Under the pieces are notes generated by a model. It did not search any database and was not told where the DNA came from. It saw only the letters and a program-made list of their open reading frames with translations. 64,000 nt of DNA from Lytechinus pictus (taxonomy: Eukaryota), in assembly GCF_037042905.1 (NCBI RefSeq), contig NC_087254.1, positions 2,666,001 through 2,730,000 of the forward strand, in the 5' to 3' direction. Shown here piece by piece: positions 36,927 to 48,163 of this stretch. Each line of letters begins with the position of its first letter. Within the stretch, counting starts at the first letter, position 1. A program made the position numbers and the translations under genes.

Positions 36927-37461
36927 CCCAGGGAACTCCCGCCCGCGCAGCGGGCCGGAGCCCAGGAGCTTACCGTGTATTTGACCATACTCACGGGACT
37001 ACCGGCGGGACTAGCGTGATTTATGGTCTAAATATTTCTCCAAATGAATTGTGAAAACTGAAATTATGCACTTACCACGATTATATGGATGAAGGTCTAA
37101 CGAGTGGCAGTTTCCTGACAACGAGGCACAGACTGGAACTTCAAAAAACGAAAAGTTCTCTCCTTCTACACCAGTCTCGATCGGCCATTTTGTTACGATT
37201 CATAACAAAAATGGCCGATCGAGACGGGGGTATAAGGAGAGAACTTTTCGTTTTTTTGAAGTTCCAGTCTGTGCCTCGATGTCAGGGAACTGCCACTCGT
37301 TAGACCTTCATCCATATAATCGTGGTAAGTGCATAATTTCTGTTTTCACAATTCATTTGGAGAAATATTTAGACCATAAATCACGCTAGTCCCGTGAGTA
37401 TGGTCATATACACGGTAAGCCCCTGGGCTCCGGCCCGCTGCGCGGGCCGGAGCTCCCTGGG
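36927..37461. mobile_element. 535-bp foldback MITE, piggyBac-like
   Basis: Near-perfect palindrome over its whole length; CCC..GGG ends; ctaa/TTAA flanks. Confidence 0.85.
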
Positions 37462-37960
37462 TTAAATGTATGCATGATTATGACGTCATATCCATATCTA
37501 TATTTCATACACGTATGAATTTATATTCATCTTCATAAAACAATTAAAAAAGTTATGACGTTATAGACATCCCTATACTACTGGCGGAGAGCGTTCGCGA
37601 AAGCATTATTTGTATAATTTGGCCTCACCACGCAACTGAGCGTGAAGAGAAAAGCTGTATTTTGACCTATGAAAAATAATACATAACACCAATAAAACAG
37701 AAAAATATCAACTAATGATAAGACTCTGACTTTTAACTCGAATATATTGAAAAGTAAAAACACAAAACGTAGTTTCATTTGATTTCATAACATTATACAT
37801 CAAATAAACATTGTTGTGTAGGATATATAATACAGGTGAAAAATATATAGCCCAGTTATGTTTATAGACAGCTATCAACCTTAAACAAAACAAAAACAAA
37901 CTTGGCATAATGTTTTCATTTCAGTGGCGAGGGTCATTTTTTAACAGACCTGATGCGATC

Positions 37961-39067
37961 CTAAGGTTTTGCTGCCATGGTGCCACCCACGGTACTTATG
38001 TCGATGACACCTCTTCCAAGTGCATTATTTCTTTCAGAGTTTCGAGTGACCATGTCTTTCAGAGCCTCCTTAAATTCAGGGTACCTTACAGCGTAGATGA
38101 TAGGGTTTGCGCAGGAGTTATAGAATCCAAGAACGGTAAGCATTGAATGGAGATCACTGTTAAGGTAGGATTCAGGAACCCACCCGATGTTATAACCAAG
38201 GTAAGCAATCTGGTTCGGAGTCCAGCAGATAAAGTAGACTAGAATGACTATGATCATCATCTTCAGGATACGTTCTCTGGCCACAATGTGGAGTGATGGC
38301 ATTGGGTTTCTGTTGGAGAGATGGGTAGTCATTCCTTGAGCGTTGTTAGATTGTTGACTTAGCTTACGAGCAATTAGAATCTGTGTAATTAGCATGGCGA
38401 AACATGGCACAAAGAGACGCAGACACAACCAGTAATAAGCGATAATAAGTTTTGTGTAGCGGTTTAGATACTGTTCTTTGCACTTGTTGGTGAAGCCGTC
38501 TACCGAATGCACAAAGAAGGCGAAGAGTACAGATAAGACAGATAGAATCCAGATAAGACAGATTAAGTTCGAGATACGACGCCGGGTAATGAGGCGCTTG
38601 ACATGAAGAGGGTACACCACAGCAATGTACCTTTCAACAGATATAGATATTAGAAGATATGCTGAGGCCGTAATGGACGCCCAGAGGAGGCTTTGTGTGA
38701 TAACAAATCTGCAGTAGAGCTCACCTAACCAGGTTTTTGGAATGTACGTTGGCGAAGGATATGGTATGAGCATCACTGAAGTTAAAAAGTCTGCAACAGC
38801 AAGACCTCTGATCAAGGTATCTGTGGATCTGTTTTTCTTCCTGCGATAAAAAAGAACAACAATCACTAGGAGATTTCCTAACATGCCAAGGATTGCAGAG
38901 ATAAGTTGCAGGATAACTGACCATGACCAATCCATTGGACTCCAGGAAAAATTTACAAGGATTGTCGTATTTGCATCAAGTCCGACCTGCGTTTCATTCG
39001 ATAGTCCATTGACAATCGTGGAATCATATTGAGTACTTTCATCCATCATCGGTTTCGTCGTTTTCAT
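37961..39067 (-). CDS. Intronless class A (rhodopsin-type) GPCR, galanin/allatostatin-A-receptor-like orphan, copy 1
   Basis: 7 hydrophobic helices; GN, LAVAD, ERY, CWTP and NPIIY motifs; N-glycosylation sites; first ATG at 39067 (ORF track starts at a TTG, 39109). Confidence 0.93.
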   Translation of the reverse strand: MKTTKPMMDESTQYDSTIVNGLSNETQVGLDANTTILVNFSWSPMDWSWSVILQLISAILGMLGNLLVIVVLFYRRKKNRSTDTLIRGLAVADFLTSVMLIPYPSPTYIPKTWLGELYCRFVITQSLLWASITASAYLLISISVERYIAVVYPLHVKRLITRRRISNLICLIWILSVLSVLFAFFVHSVDGFTNKCKEQYLNRYTKLIIAYYWLCLRLFVPCFAMLITQILIARKLSQQSNNAQGMTTHLSNRNPMPSLHIVARERILKMMIIVILVYFICWTPNQIAYLGYNIGWVPESYLNSDLHSMLTVLGFYNSCANPIIYAVRYPEFKEALKDMVTRNSERNNALGRGVIDISTVGGTMAAKP

Positions 39068-39729
39068 GATCAGTTCTAGAAATGATGGACTGGTGATCTT
39101 AGTGGCCAATTGCTTGTCTGTTAGTATGAACTGTCCGTTTAAGTATTAGTATTACCACGTAGTACAATAATTACCCTTTTGATTTCATAGGCATTATCAT
39201 GGCTGATTCGGCAACAGTATCTTAACAGTGACAACAATATCAACAAGACGACGGAAGGGCTGAACACAGTTGTTCGACTGTGCTTTGTGCAAACTCTTTC
39301 TTCAACTCAGAGTAGACATACTATGAGAGTACGATATTTACTATCACTTGGAGATGAAATCTATGCACGTCAAAGTTGTTTTCCTAAATATTTTCCAAAT
39401 GGCATGCAGTTCGCCCCCATATTTATATAAACAGAAGTAACATGATAAATGAAAATATTTTTTATGATATCCAGACGTCGAAGTTATAATAAAAGCTCGA
39501 TATATCAGTGGACCAGTTTAATTAAAGAAAGAGCACTATATACGTTGACGCTGATCGATGATTGACTTCGGTTCATAATATTGATATCGTTCGAATCAGT
39601 AGTACCGGTAGTTTACATAGAATTAGCATTGACTTTGTGTACGTTTTGAGGGCTTGAATACAAGGCATATGAGGAATTATCTCTTAAACTTTTGATTTAT
39701 TTGCCCACCGGATTGTTAATAAATATTGT

Positions 39730-40590
39730 GTACAGAATGAATGAACGAATCGATTAGACCCATTGTACACCGTCTCCTCCTCCCTGCCATGCTCTTTCGA
39801 ATAAAAGACCACTTACGAACTCACTCTCTTTGCATGGGCAAAGTAGTTAAGGTTGTGTATATACTGAATGAACGAATCGACTAGTTTTGTATAGACCGGA
39901 CGAATATAATAGACCCATCTTCTACTCCATCTCTCTCTCTGAAATTAAAGCTCTTACAAATGACAGACTATGTAATTACGAACTCTCTTTCTCCCTATTT
40001 CTCTTTGCATAGAGGCCTACTGATATTAATACCTCTCAGATCGACCTTACTACTCTTAATAAATGAACGTTTCTATTTCTTTTTCTCTTACCGAATGAAC
40101 TTTTCTCAAATCGAATATTTTACTTTCAATAAATGAACAGTTCTATTACTATCATCTCAATGCGATCCCTTTTCACCTTGACTGAAAGAACGACTTTATT
40201 ATACCCATTGTACATCATCATCTCCCTCTCTCTGTATAACTCTTTCGAATAAAAGACACTTAGATATTTATCTATACATTATTTGGTCCACATATTCCCC
40301 GCTTCGAACGTTCCCTCTTTACACATCCCTATTCATTGGAATAACTTTGTGCACTAGCTCCTCTCACGCTATTCATTAGACCCATTAATTTGCTACTCTC
40401 TATCAATGGTCTTAAGCTATACATTCTTCCCTGGTCCACACACCCCCGCCCCCGCCTCGATCATTCCCTCATTACACATCCCTTTTTTAACTACAGGAAA
40501 TATCGCTCAAACTTTTATTTTTTTCCAACCGACTGTCAATGTAATGTAGTTAAGTTTGTGTACAGAATGAATGAACGAATCGATTAGCTT
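39730..40590. repeat. Degenerate tandem array (gaatgaacgaatcgattag...) that resumes at 44810-45730
   Basis: Repeated motif on both sides of the LINE. Confidence 0.8.
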
Positions 40591-40825
40591 TCATTACCTA
40601 TTACCTATAACAGGATGTACTGGAAAATGCAGAGGTCTGCAGTCGAGATTCAATGTTTCTCTCTCATCCAAATATTCTCCCTCAAAGTTTGCTATAACAG
40701 TGTCAGTGCCCAGTGGGAATGAAGGGCATTGCTGCTTAAAATATCTTAATATATCCGCTCTTATATAGCGATTAATGCATCGGAACGACGTGTCTAAGTC
40801 GTTTACAGATACTTCGGTTATCGGA

Positions 40826-41078
40826 TTCAATCATTCATTCCGGCACACAATGTGTGCACATCCTCCACTCCCTGGGGAGTATTCCAGTCAGTCGACGGTG
40901 GGGCGCACACAGTACTGGACAAGCTGCAATGACTTTCACATCCTACCGGGTACCCATTTAGCACCTGGGTCGAGAGTGGCAAAGTGTGGATTAACGCCTT
41001 GCCAAAGGACGCCAGACCGTGGTGGAATTCGAACACACGACCCTCTGTTTACAAGGCTAAAGTCAGAATCACTATACC
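40826..41078 (-). mobile_element. tRNA-derived SINE
   Basis: GGTATAGTG.. A box, GTTCGAATTCC B box, CCCAGGTGCTAAATGGGTACC core, (GAAT)n tail. Confidence 0.8.
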
Positions 41079-41769
41079 TCGGCTTATCCTATGTGTTTCA
41101 TTCCCAAGGATGATGGTACCACTGTGCATTCCACAATCAAGCTTATCAAGTCTGGTTTTGAAGGAGTTTACAGATGGAGCAGAGACAACTTCATTAGGTA
41201 GTGAGTTGCAGGCATGAACTACTCTAGCTCCAAAGTCAGTTGTTCTAACATTCAATCTGCCTCTTTTCTGGAAGAGTTTGAAAGGGTGACCTCGAATTGC
41301 CTCAACAGTAAAAGATGAGAAGAACATATCCCTTTCAAGCCAGTTTATTCCATGCACTATTTTAAAGTCTCGATCATGTCACCTCTTCTCATTCTGTATT
41401 GGAGGGATGGTAGTTTTAGAGCTCGAAGCCTGTCTCCATAGTCTAGCATTGCCAAGGATGGTATGAATTTTGTTGCTTTTCTTTGTACCTTCTCAATCTC
41501 CTTCATGTCATCCTTGTATCTTGGGTGCCTTCCTGTATTCAAGGATTGGCCGTACTGGTTTTGGGTTTTGGAATTGTATCCCTATACCTGGTGAGGAAGG
41601 TTCTCTCGAGTACTCGGCTAGCTTTCAAGACAGCTGAAGCAACATGCGTGTGAAATTTCAGTTCAGAATCCATTATAATTTCCAGGTCTCTTTCTTCCGA
41701 CACTTCCTCAAGAGTGGTTCCATCAAGGCTGTAGTTGTAATGCAAACAATTTCTGCCAATGTACAAGAA

Positions 41770-41883
41770 CAGTGGCGGACCGTGACCCGGAGGAGACAAA
41801 TCATTGGAGGGGCGCATCATTGTTCACAAACAATACAGTGCCCCTCCAATAAATTGTCTCATCTGGGTCACGGTCCGCCACTG
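41770..41883. mobile_element. 114-bp hAT-like MITE
   Basis: TIR CAGTGGCGGACCGTGACCC; near-perfect 8-bp TSD tacaagaa/tacaaaaa. Confidence 0.85.
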
Positions 41884-44145
41884 TACAAAAACTTACATGT
41901 TCCTATGTTGAACTGAAGCTGCCATTTCTTAGACCATTTTATGAGTATATCTAAATCAGCTTGCAGGATTTCACAATAAGTATTTGTAACTTTTTCTCTG
42001 AGGATCTTGGTATCATCTGCATATATCCGTACAATGCTCCTCATTATTTCTGGCAGGTCATTGATGAATATCACAAATACTGTTGGACCGAGGACACTGC
42101 CTTGCGGTATTCAACTCTTTTACTCACTCCACCTTGAAAACTGACTATCGATAGCAACTCTCTGTCTACGTCCTGTCAGGGAAGCATGTAACCACTGCTA
42201 AAGATTGCAAGTTATTCCATATCCTTTGAGTTTGCTTAATAGACGCTCATGGGGTACAAAATCGGAAGCTTACGAAAGTCAAGGTATATTGTGTCAATGT
42301 CATGTCCACTGTCTAAGGATGATGCCCAGAGCTCCATAACTTCCAATAACTGGGTTACACATGATCTACCAGGGAGCAGGGAGGAACCCATACGGGGCAT
42401 GACATGAAGCCTCGGATTATAGATTCCAGAATCTTGCCGATAACAGACGTGAGACTGATCGGGCGATAATTTTCAACAGCATTGCACAGGAGTGATGTTT
42501 GCATCTTTCCAAGATTATGGGAGTGCTCCTTCTTTTACAGATTTCCTGAATATGATAGTCATGGGTACATATCGTGTCAGAACTGGAGGTGATGTCAATG
42601 TCAGAAAGAGTGATACCATTATGTCGTTCCTTTAGATCAGGGACATAGTTGATAACTTGATAGTTGATAGTTGTAACACCCTGCACATTCTTTAACACTC
42701 CCAAGCTTCTACGAGACTGATGTAAAATATTTCTTTAAACATCTCTCTCAAAGTCTTGTCTTATTTTCTGAGCATTTTCCTTAGTTTCTTTGCTTCAGCC
42801 CTAAACCTTTCAAAATTTCTCCTAGAACGATTTTTCCTGTATGATCTCCATGCCCTATACTTTAGTTTGTGCTGCCTCATTGCAGTTCTAGTCATCCTAA
42901 TCTTGTTCTTTCTTCTCATTTTAGAGTCAGCCTTAGAGATGTTTATGTCTATCTCAGTCTCAAATTCGGATGAGAAGAGGTCCCATGCTTGATGGACATC
43001 CAAGTTTTAAAGATTTTCCACCCTGTTTACATCCAGAATAGCTATGTTTATTGCTGCATAGTGTCCTCTGTGCTACCTATTATATCTATATCCAGTTTGC
43101 TTTTTGGTTGAGATGTTGGGATATAGGTCTACATTAAACAGCAAGCACACATGGTCACTTAATCCTAGATTTGGGAAATATCATATTACTGATCATTTCC
43201 TCCTTGTGATCAGTAGATCAAGGATGGTAGGATATGCTGCCCATCCCTAGTCTGAGTGCTCTCTGTGATATGCTGATGTAAAAACATTATATTCGACAGT
43301 CAATACATATCTTTTCATCTGATGTACGAGACTCCCATATAGGTTCCAACAAATGGTAGGGCAGTTGAAATCTCCTACGACAAGCAAGTGTGATGGGTTA
43401 CTGCTTACAACCTCATGGAAAAGTTGGCATAATTTATCAGTATTGGAGTTTGCTTTCCTCAAAGTGGGGCTACGATATATAGTACCAACTGTCAGTGTGT
43501 CATTGTTCTTAATATACGCATACCTATCCATATACTCTCCTCAAAATCAGTTTCAAAATGGACTTAACAGTGGATGCATCCCTTTTTGTACATATACCAC
43601 TACGCCTCGTACTCCCTTTTTCTCGATGTTTGTGTAGGTTATATAGCTATCTATTTTGTAGTTTTCCTCGATTGGTTTTACATTAAAGTTTTTTGGCATC
43701 TGGTTGTTAACTAACAGATAGTAAAGCTAACTCATCCAGCTTGTTGAGTAAGCTGTCACTGTTTGTATACAAGACTCTCATCCCATCATTATTTATGTTT
43801 CTAAAGTAAACTTTGTCTCCAGTCTTGCATCTATCAGCTTCATGTTCTTCATCTGATATAGAAGACGAATATTCTGTGTCATTACCTGATTCACAGATGG
43901 AAATTTCAGATTAAAAACAAGTAGAAGCATTATCAGTCAAAGAAATGTTCTCTTCCTGGGCATGAACCAACCCTGTATTAATTGGCATGCTCAATTTGAG
44001 TCCCATTTTCAAAGTCCAATGTTCATGTATGTCTCCCTCTATTTATTTACATTGGACATGCATAATATGCATGTCCAATTGGTGGTGCCTGATGTCAGAT
44101 GTTTGATGGAGTCTCTGCATGGCTTGGGCTACTTTTAGTTGAAGT

Positions 44146-44259
44146 CAGTGGCGGACCGTGACCCGTAGGAGATAAAGCATTGGAGGGGCACTGTATTCTT
44201 TGTAAACAATGCTGTGTCCCTCCAATCCTTTGTCTCCTCCGGGTCACGGTCCGCCACTG
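44146..44259. mobile_element. 114-bp hAT-like MITE, same family, opposite orientation
   Basis: Same TIR; perfect TSD GTTGAAGT. Confidence 0.88.
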
Positions 44260-45185
44260 GTTGAAGTACCAAGTAAAGAATTATCTCCTTTCTTTTTACT
44301 ACTATCGTCAAGGTCAGTGCTCCTTGTATTTTCATAATATGTGGCAACATCTACTTGTATATCTTTAGTTGATGTCTGGCTATCTGAACAGATAGGACAT
44401 GGGTGTAAGAAGACTATGCAAAGAGCTGTTGTCCCCATGATTGTCTTGAATGATCGAATTAGCCTGCTTCCCAACAGGACTATTATCTTCAAAACTGTCC
44501 CCAGTCTTTGGTTCTGGGACACAAGGCTTCCGATTCTCTGGGTTGTCTCTGTGATATGTGCTATCAGGAATTTTTTTTATTCCTGAGGCATTAGAAGCAG
44601 TTATTACAATGGATTTAGAAGGAGCTAGAACATAGTGATAGAGATGTTTTGGTGTTTCTAAGTGGTACTTCGTCGTGGCACAATCTTATCATGTTTGATT
44701 ACTAGGTTTTGCTCACCGTTCTCTCTTCCTTTCTTTACTTCCGCTCAGTTCCTTGTGTTGAAGCCCTAGCTGAGCAGTTCTATCTGGGTCAACATATGAG
44801 TTTACCCATACAGACTGAATGAACGAATCTATTAGACCAATTGTACACAGTCTCCCTCTCTCTCTTGAGCTCTTTCGAATAAAAGACTATGTACTTACGA
44901 ACTCTCTATTTGCATAGGCCTACCTCTTTTGTGTAGTTTAGGTTGTGTACAGACTGAATGAACGAATCGATTAGTTTTGTACAGACCGTACGAATCTATT
45001 ATACCCATTGTTTACCATCTCACTCTCCACCCCTTATCTCTGAACGAATCCATTACCTTTTACTCTAAAACGACTCCATTAAATTTTACTCTCACTGAAT
45101 GAACGAATCTATTAATATCATTTCATCTCAAATCGAATCTACTCTTGGAAAAATTTGATATATTACTACCATCCTCAATCGATCC

Positions 45186-45487
45186 TTCTGACATTGACAT
45201 CACCTCCAGTTCTGACACGATATGTACCCATGACTATCATATTCAGGAAATCTGTAAAAGAAGGAGCACTCCCATAATCTTGGAAAGATGCAAACATCAC
45301 TCCTGTGCAATGCTGTTGAAAATTATCGCCCGATCAGTCTCACGTCTGTTATCAGCAAGATTCTGGAATCTATAATCCGAGGCTTCATGTCATGCCCCGT
45401 ATGGGTTCCTCCCTGCTCCCTGGTAGATCATGTGTAACCCAGTTATTGGAAGTTATGGAGCTCTGGGCATCATCCTTAGACAGTGGA
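45186..45487 (+). repeat. Inverted 302-bp copy of LINE segment 42305-42606
   Basis: Reverse-complement match with one mismatch seen; identical peptides appear in the ORF track. Confidence 0.95.
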
Positions 45488-46273
45488 ATCTACTATTTAA
45501 CGAATTTAATGTATTACTACCATCCTAAATGAAATCATTTCTGTCAATAGGATAACCGGTCATTAAACTACATATATAAAAAAATTAAATCTCATTTATT
45601 AATACCAACGAATTTGACATGTACACCTAACTATTAAATCGAATCATTTCATTTATCAACTCTTAATCGAAATTAGCACTACAAAGGATTTTTACGCGTA
45701 CATCTCACTAAACGAATCCTTTCATTTATCGACTTTTATAAATTTGCCCATTCTACAGTAATTGCTGCTTATTTTTTAATCTTACTGGACAATATGCCTC
45801 CCGCATTGGGTAAAATAATGCCCCAAATTGGTTGGACACATAATTTCCCTCTCGCTGGTAACAATTTTACCCAATATTTTCTACAGTGTACAAATGAGGG
45901 ATAATAAAAATGAAAATAACGAGAGACTAAAAAAAACGAGGACATAGGATGATAATCATGAAGAAAGATGTGATGGTGTATTTATGGGAGAGACGATAGG
46001 TAAAAAAAAGTCAAGGAAAAAATGCACTACACTGAGAAACAAATTTCAATGCTTGAGAAAAGAAGTGAAAGAACCATTGAAAGATCAATATCGAAATTAG
46101 AGTATACACAGAGAGAAATGATATTTATCAAAAGAAAATTACATGTCTAGAAAGAGAGAAACGATTATATGTTGAATCTGATGAGAAGAATAGTGATCAC
46201 GCTTGATGACTGTAGCAACGGTTGGAACAGTACACATAAAAGTGTCAGTCGTATCTAATTAATTCTCATTCTA

Positions 46274-46870
46274 ATGATGGACACAAGATTGAAAACTCCC
46301 TTCACTCTCTTAATAGGTGGACCAACCGGATCAGGCAAACCAACATTTGTTAAGACACTCTTGAAAAAAAAAAAGATGTTGTGGACCATATCTTTGACCA
46401 CGCTGTCTGGTGTTATGGGGAATATCAAGATGGTTATGTTGATATGGAGAGGGATGTGCCTGACATACAAATTCATGTAGGAATACCTTCCAATCTTGAA
46501 CCGATGTTTGACCGTAAAGAGAATAATCTGATCATCCTTGATGATTTAATGACTGAAGCCATTAAAGATAAGATAATCACACATTTGGTCACAAAGGGTA
46601 TAGTCATCATAGAAATATTTCCGTCATACTTCAAAATGTATTTTTTCAAGGAAAGGAAAGTCGTACAAAAAGTTTGTACACTCACTACAAAGAGATATAC
46701 CCAAATAAAGTTAAATTCTTCCAAGAGGCATATGGTGATGCCACTTCCAAACCAAATGGATGCCTTCTAATAGATCTGAAACCTGATACACATGATCGTC
46801 TACGGCTAGGAACGGAAATTTTGCCAGGGGAATGACAATATGTCTATAGTATGAAACAACACATTCTCAT
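46274..46870 (+). pseudogene. Packaging ATPase of Maverick B, frameshifted
   Basis: MDTRLKTPFTLLIGGPTGSGK, WCYG..Q, LIILDDLM, TKG.HHRN, EAYGDAT..P.G.LLIDLKP. Confidence 0.9.
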
Positions 46871-46959
46871 TGATGATATAAAAGTGAATGGAGATCTATT
46901 GTGCTGGACATCATTCTAGTATAAATGTTGGTAAAGTAAGGTAAGATGACTCATTTATC

Positions 46960-47310
46960 ATGTCACAGAATTTGAAGAATAATGTACCATATCTTCATGC
47001 CTTGGCTCGTGGAAACAATATTCAGAGACAAGGACAATTAAAGGGTGCTAACACAGATTCGGTCAAATGTATTTGTGAATATGCTCTCAAAATACTGAGG
47101 GGTAATATACCTCTCTCTACAGAGGAACTTTCTACAACGAAGAACTTCGAGAGGGTTGTGACACCTCGAGACGATGTGTACAGAATCGAACGCGTACTAG
47201 GAAAGAGAAAACGTGGGAAATTGATAGAATATCTTGTGAAGTGGCAAGGTAACCCAGATAAATTCAACAGTTACGTCACCGAAATACAAAGGATTGATTG
47301 GCAAGCTTAA
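46960..47310 (+). pseudogene. Deletion fusion of the small basic Maverick ORF N-terminus with the integrase C-terminal chromodomain
   Basis: ...CICEYALKILRGNIPLS joined to YRIERVLGKRKRG...EYLVKWQG.PDKFNSYV. Confidence 0.82.
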
Positions 47311-47322
47311 TTAAGAGTAGGC

Positions 47323-47546
47323 ATGGCTGTGTTATCCTCAAAATCTTTTAATGTTACCTTACCAAGTAATAGCTAATTGTGGGATTGTGTGAGATTCACT
47401 ATCATTATCGCTGGTATAACTACTTGGAGGAAGACAAAGATTCGAAAGTATCCTATTCATACGAAAGAGGAGAGACATACTAGTAGTCAGACTATCACAT
47501 GTCCGATGGTCATTATTCTGACATTCACGATTTTCTAAGAGATTAG
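47323..47546 (+). pseudogene. Maverick minor capsid (penton) N-terminal remnant
   Basis: SFNVTLPSNS then, after an internal deletion, VGLCEIHY..RWYN. Confidence 0.7.
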
Positions 47547-47579
47547 TGCCCGAAAGAATTGTTGATAAATAAAAATTTG

Positions 47580-48163
47580 CATGTCGGACCCAAAACTGCT
47601 CAAAAACGTGAATTCATGTACAAATCCAATGCAAATTGTGTATTTAGCCAAAATTGATAAATGTATCATTATTTCTACTTTTACTGATTTAATTTAGTTT
47701 ATTTTTTCTTGATTATGATCAAAATTGAGTCTGCAACAATTTCCATAAAAAAAAACCAATAAAAACACAAAGTTGAAAAACAAAGAAATACTTAAGAAAT
47801 TTAAAAAAAAACAATAAAATACATAAGAACGAAATGGCGATACCAAATTTTTTTTGGAGTACATTTGATCGGCATCCTACAAAGAGTCTGTGAATACAAC
47901 ATTAGCAGTTTTGAGGCAGTATAATAGTTGGTTAGAGCAAATGTTTTATATCATGAATAAATTAGCATAATTAATTCATTAAATGAAAAATCTTATTATA
48001 AAAAAAATAATCATACAGCCTTGTAGACTATATCGCACACTACCACTGTGCAAATTTTCGCGGCGCTCGCGCCATCGAAGGCCGAGATCTCAGGGGGGGG
48101 GGGCGGAATCCGCCCCTCCCCGGCTGTGAGATGGGTCCAAATAACCCTGCTCTTTTAGGATTA
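47580..48163. mobile_element. Partial DNA-transposon/MITE
   Basis: Ends in a poly-G cggaatccgcccc hairpin and a ..taggatta terminus, as seen in TTAA-type MITEs. Confidence 0.45.

Larger units (their letters stand above)
30202..37582 (-). mobile_element. Maverick/Polinton (adintovirus-like) remnant A with an intact terminus
   Basis: Terminus ACTACT at 37577-37582 (AGTAGT read inward); minus-strand order is pPolB N-terminus, packaging ATPase, then two conserved hypothetical ORFs. Confidence 0.85.
41085..44805 (-). mobile_element. CR1-type LINE, degenerate (ORF1 tail, endonuclease, RT)
   Basis: VGDFNCPTICW, PQGSVLGP, IFINDLP..YADDTK, IEKVQRKATK, RRGDMIE, NSLP.EVV.APSVNSFK.RLDK. Confidence 0.9.
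39598..47550 (+). mobile_element. Maverick/Polinton remnant B, interrupted by a SINE and a LINE
   Basis: Starts AGTAGT at 39598; subterminal gaatgaacgaatc repeat array; ATPase, small basic ORF, integrase chromodomain and minor capsid at 46274-47546. Confidence 0.75.

Noticed and set aside
40594-40830. 78-aa minus-strand ORF within Maverick B
   Set aside because: It may be a viral accessory fragment, but its start overlaps the SINE tail and I recognise no motif
46960-47310. Novel chromodomain fusion protein
   Set aside because: Best explained as a deletion joining two Maverick genes in a dead element; neighbouring genes are frameshifted
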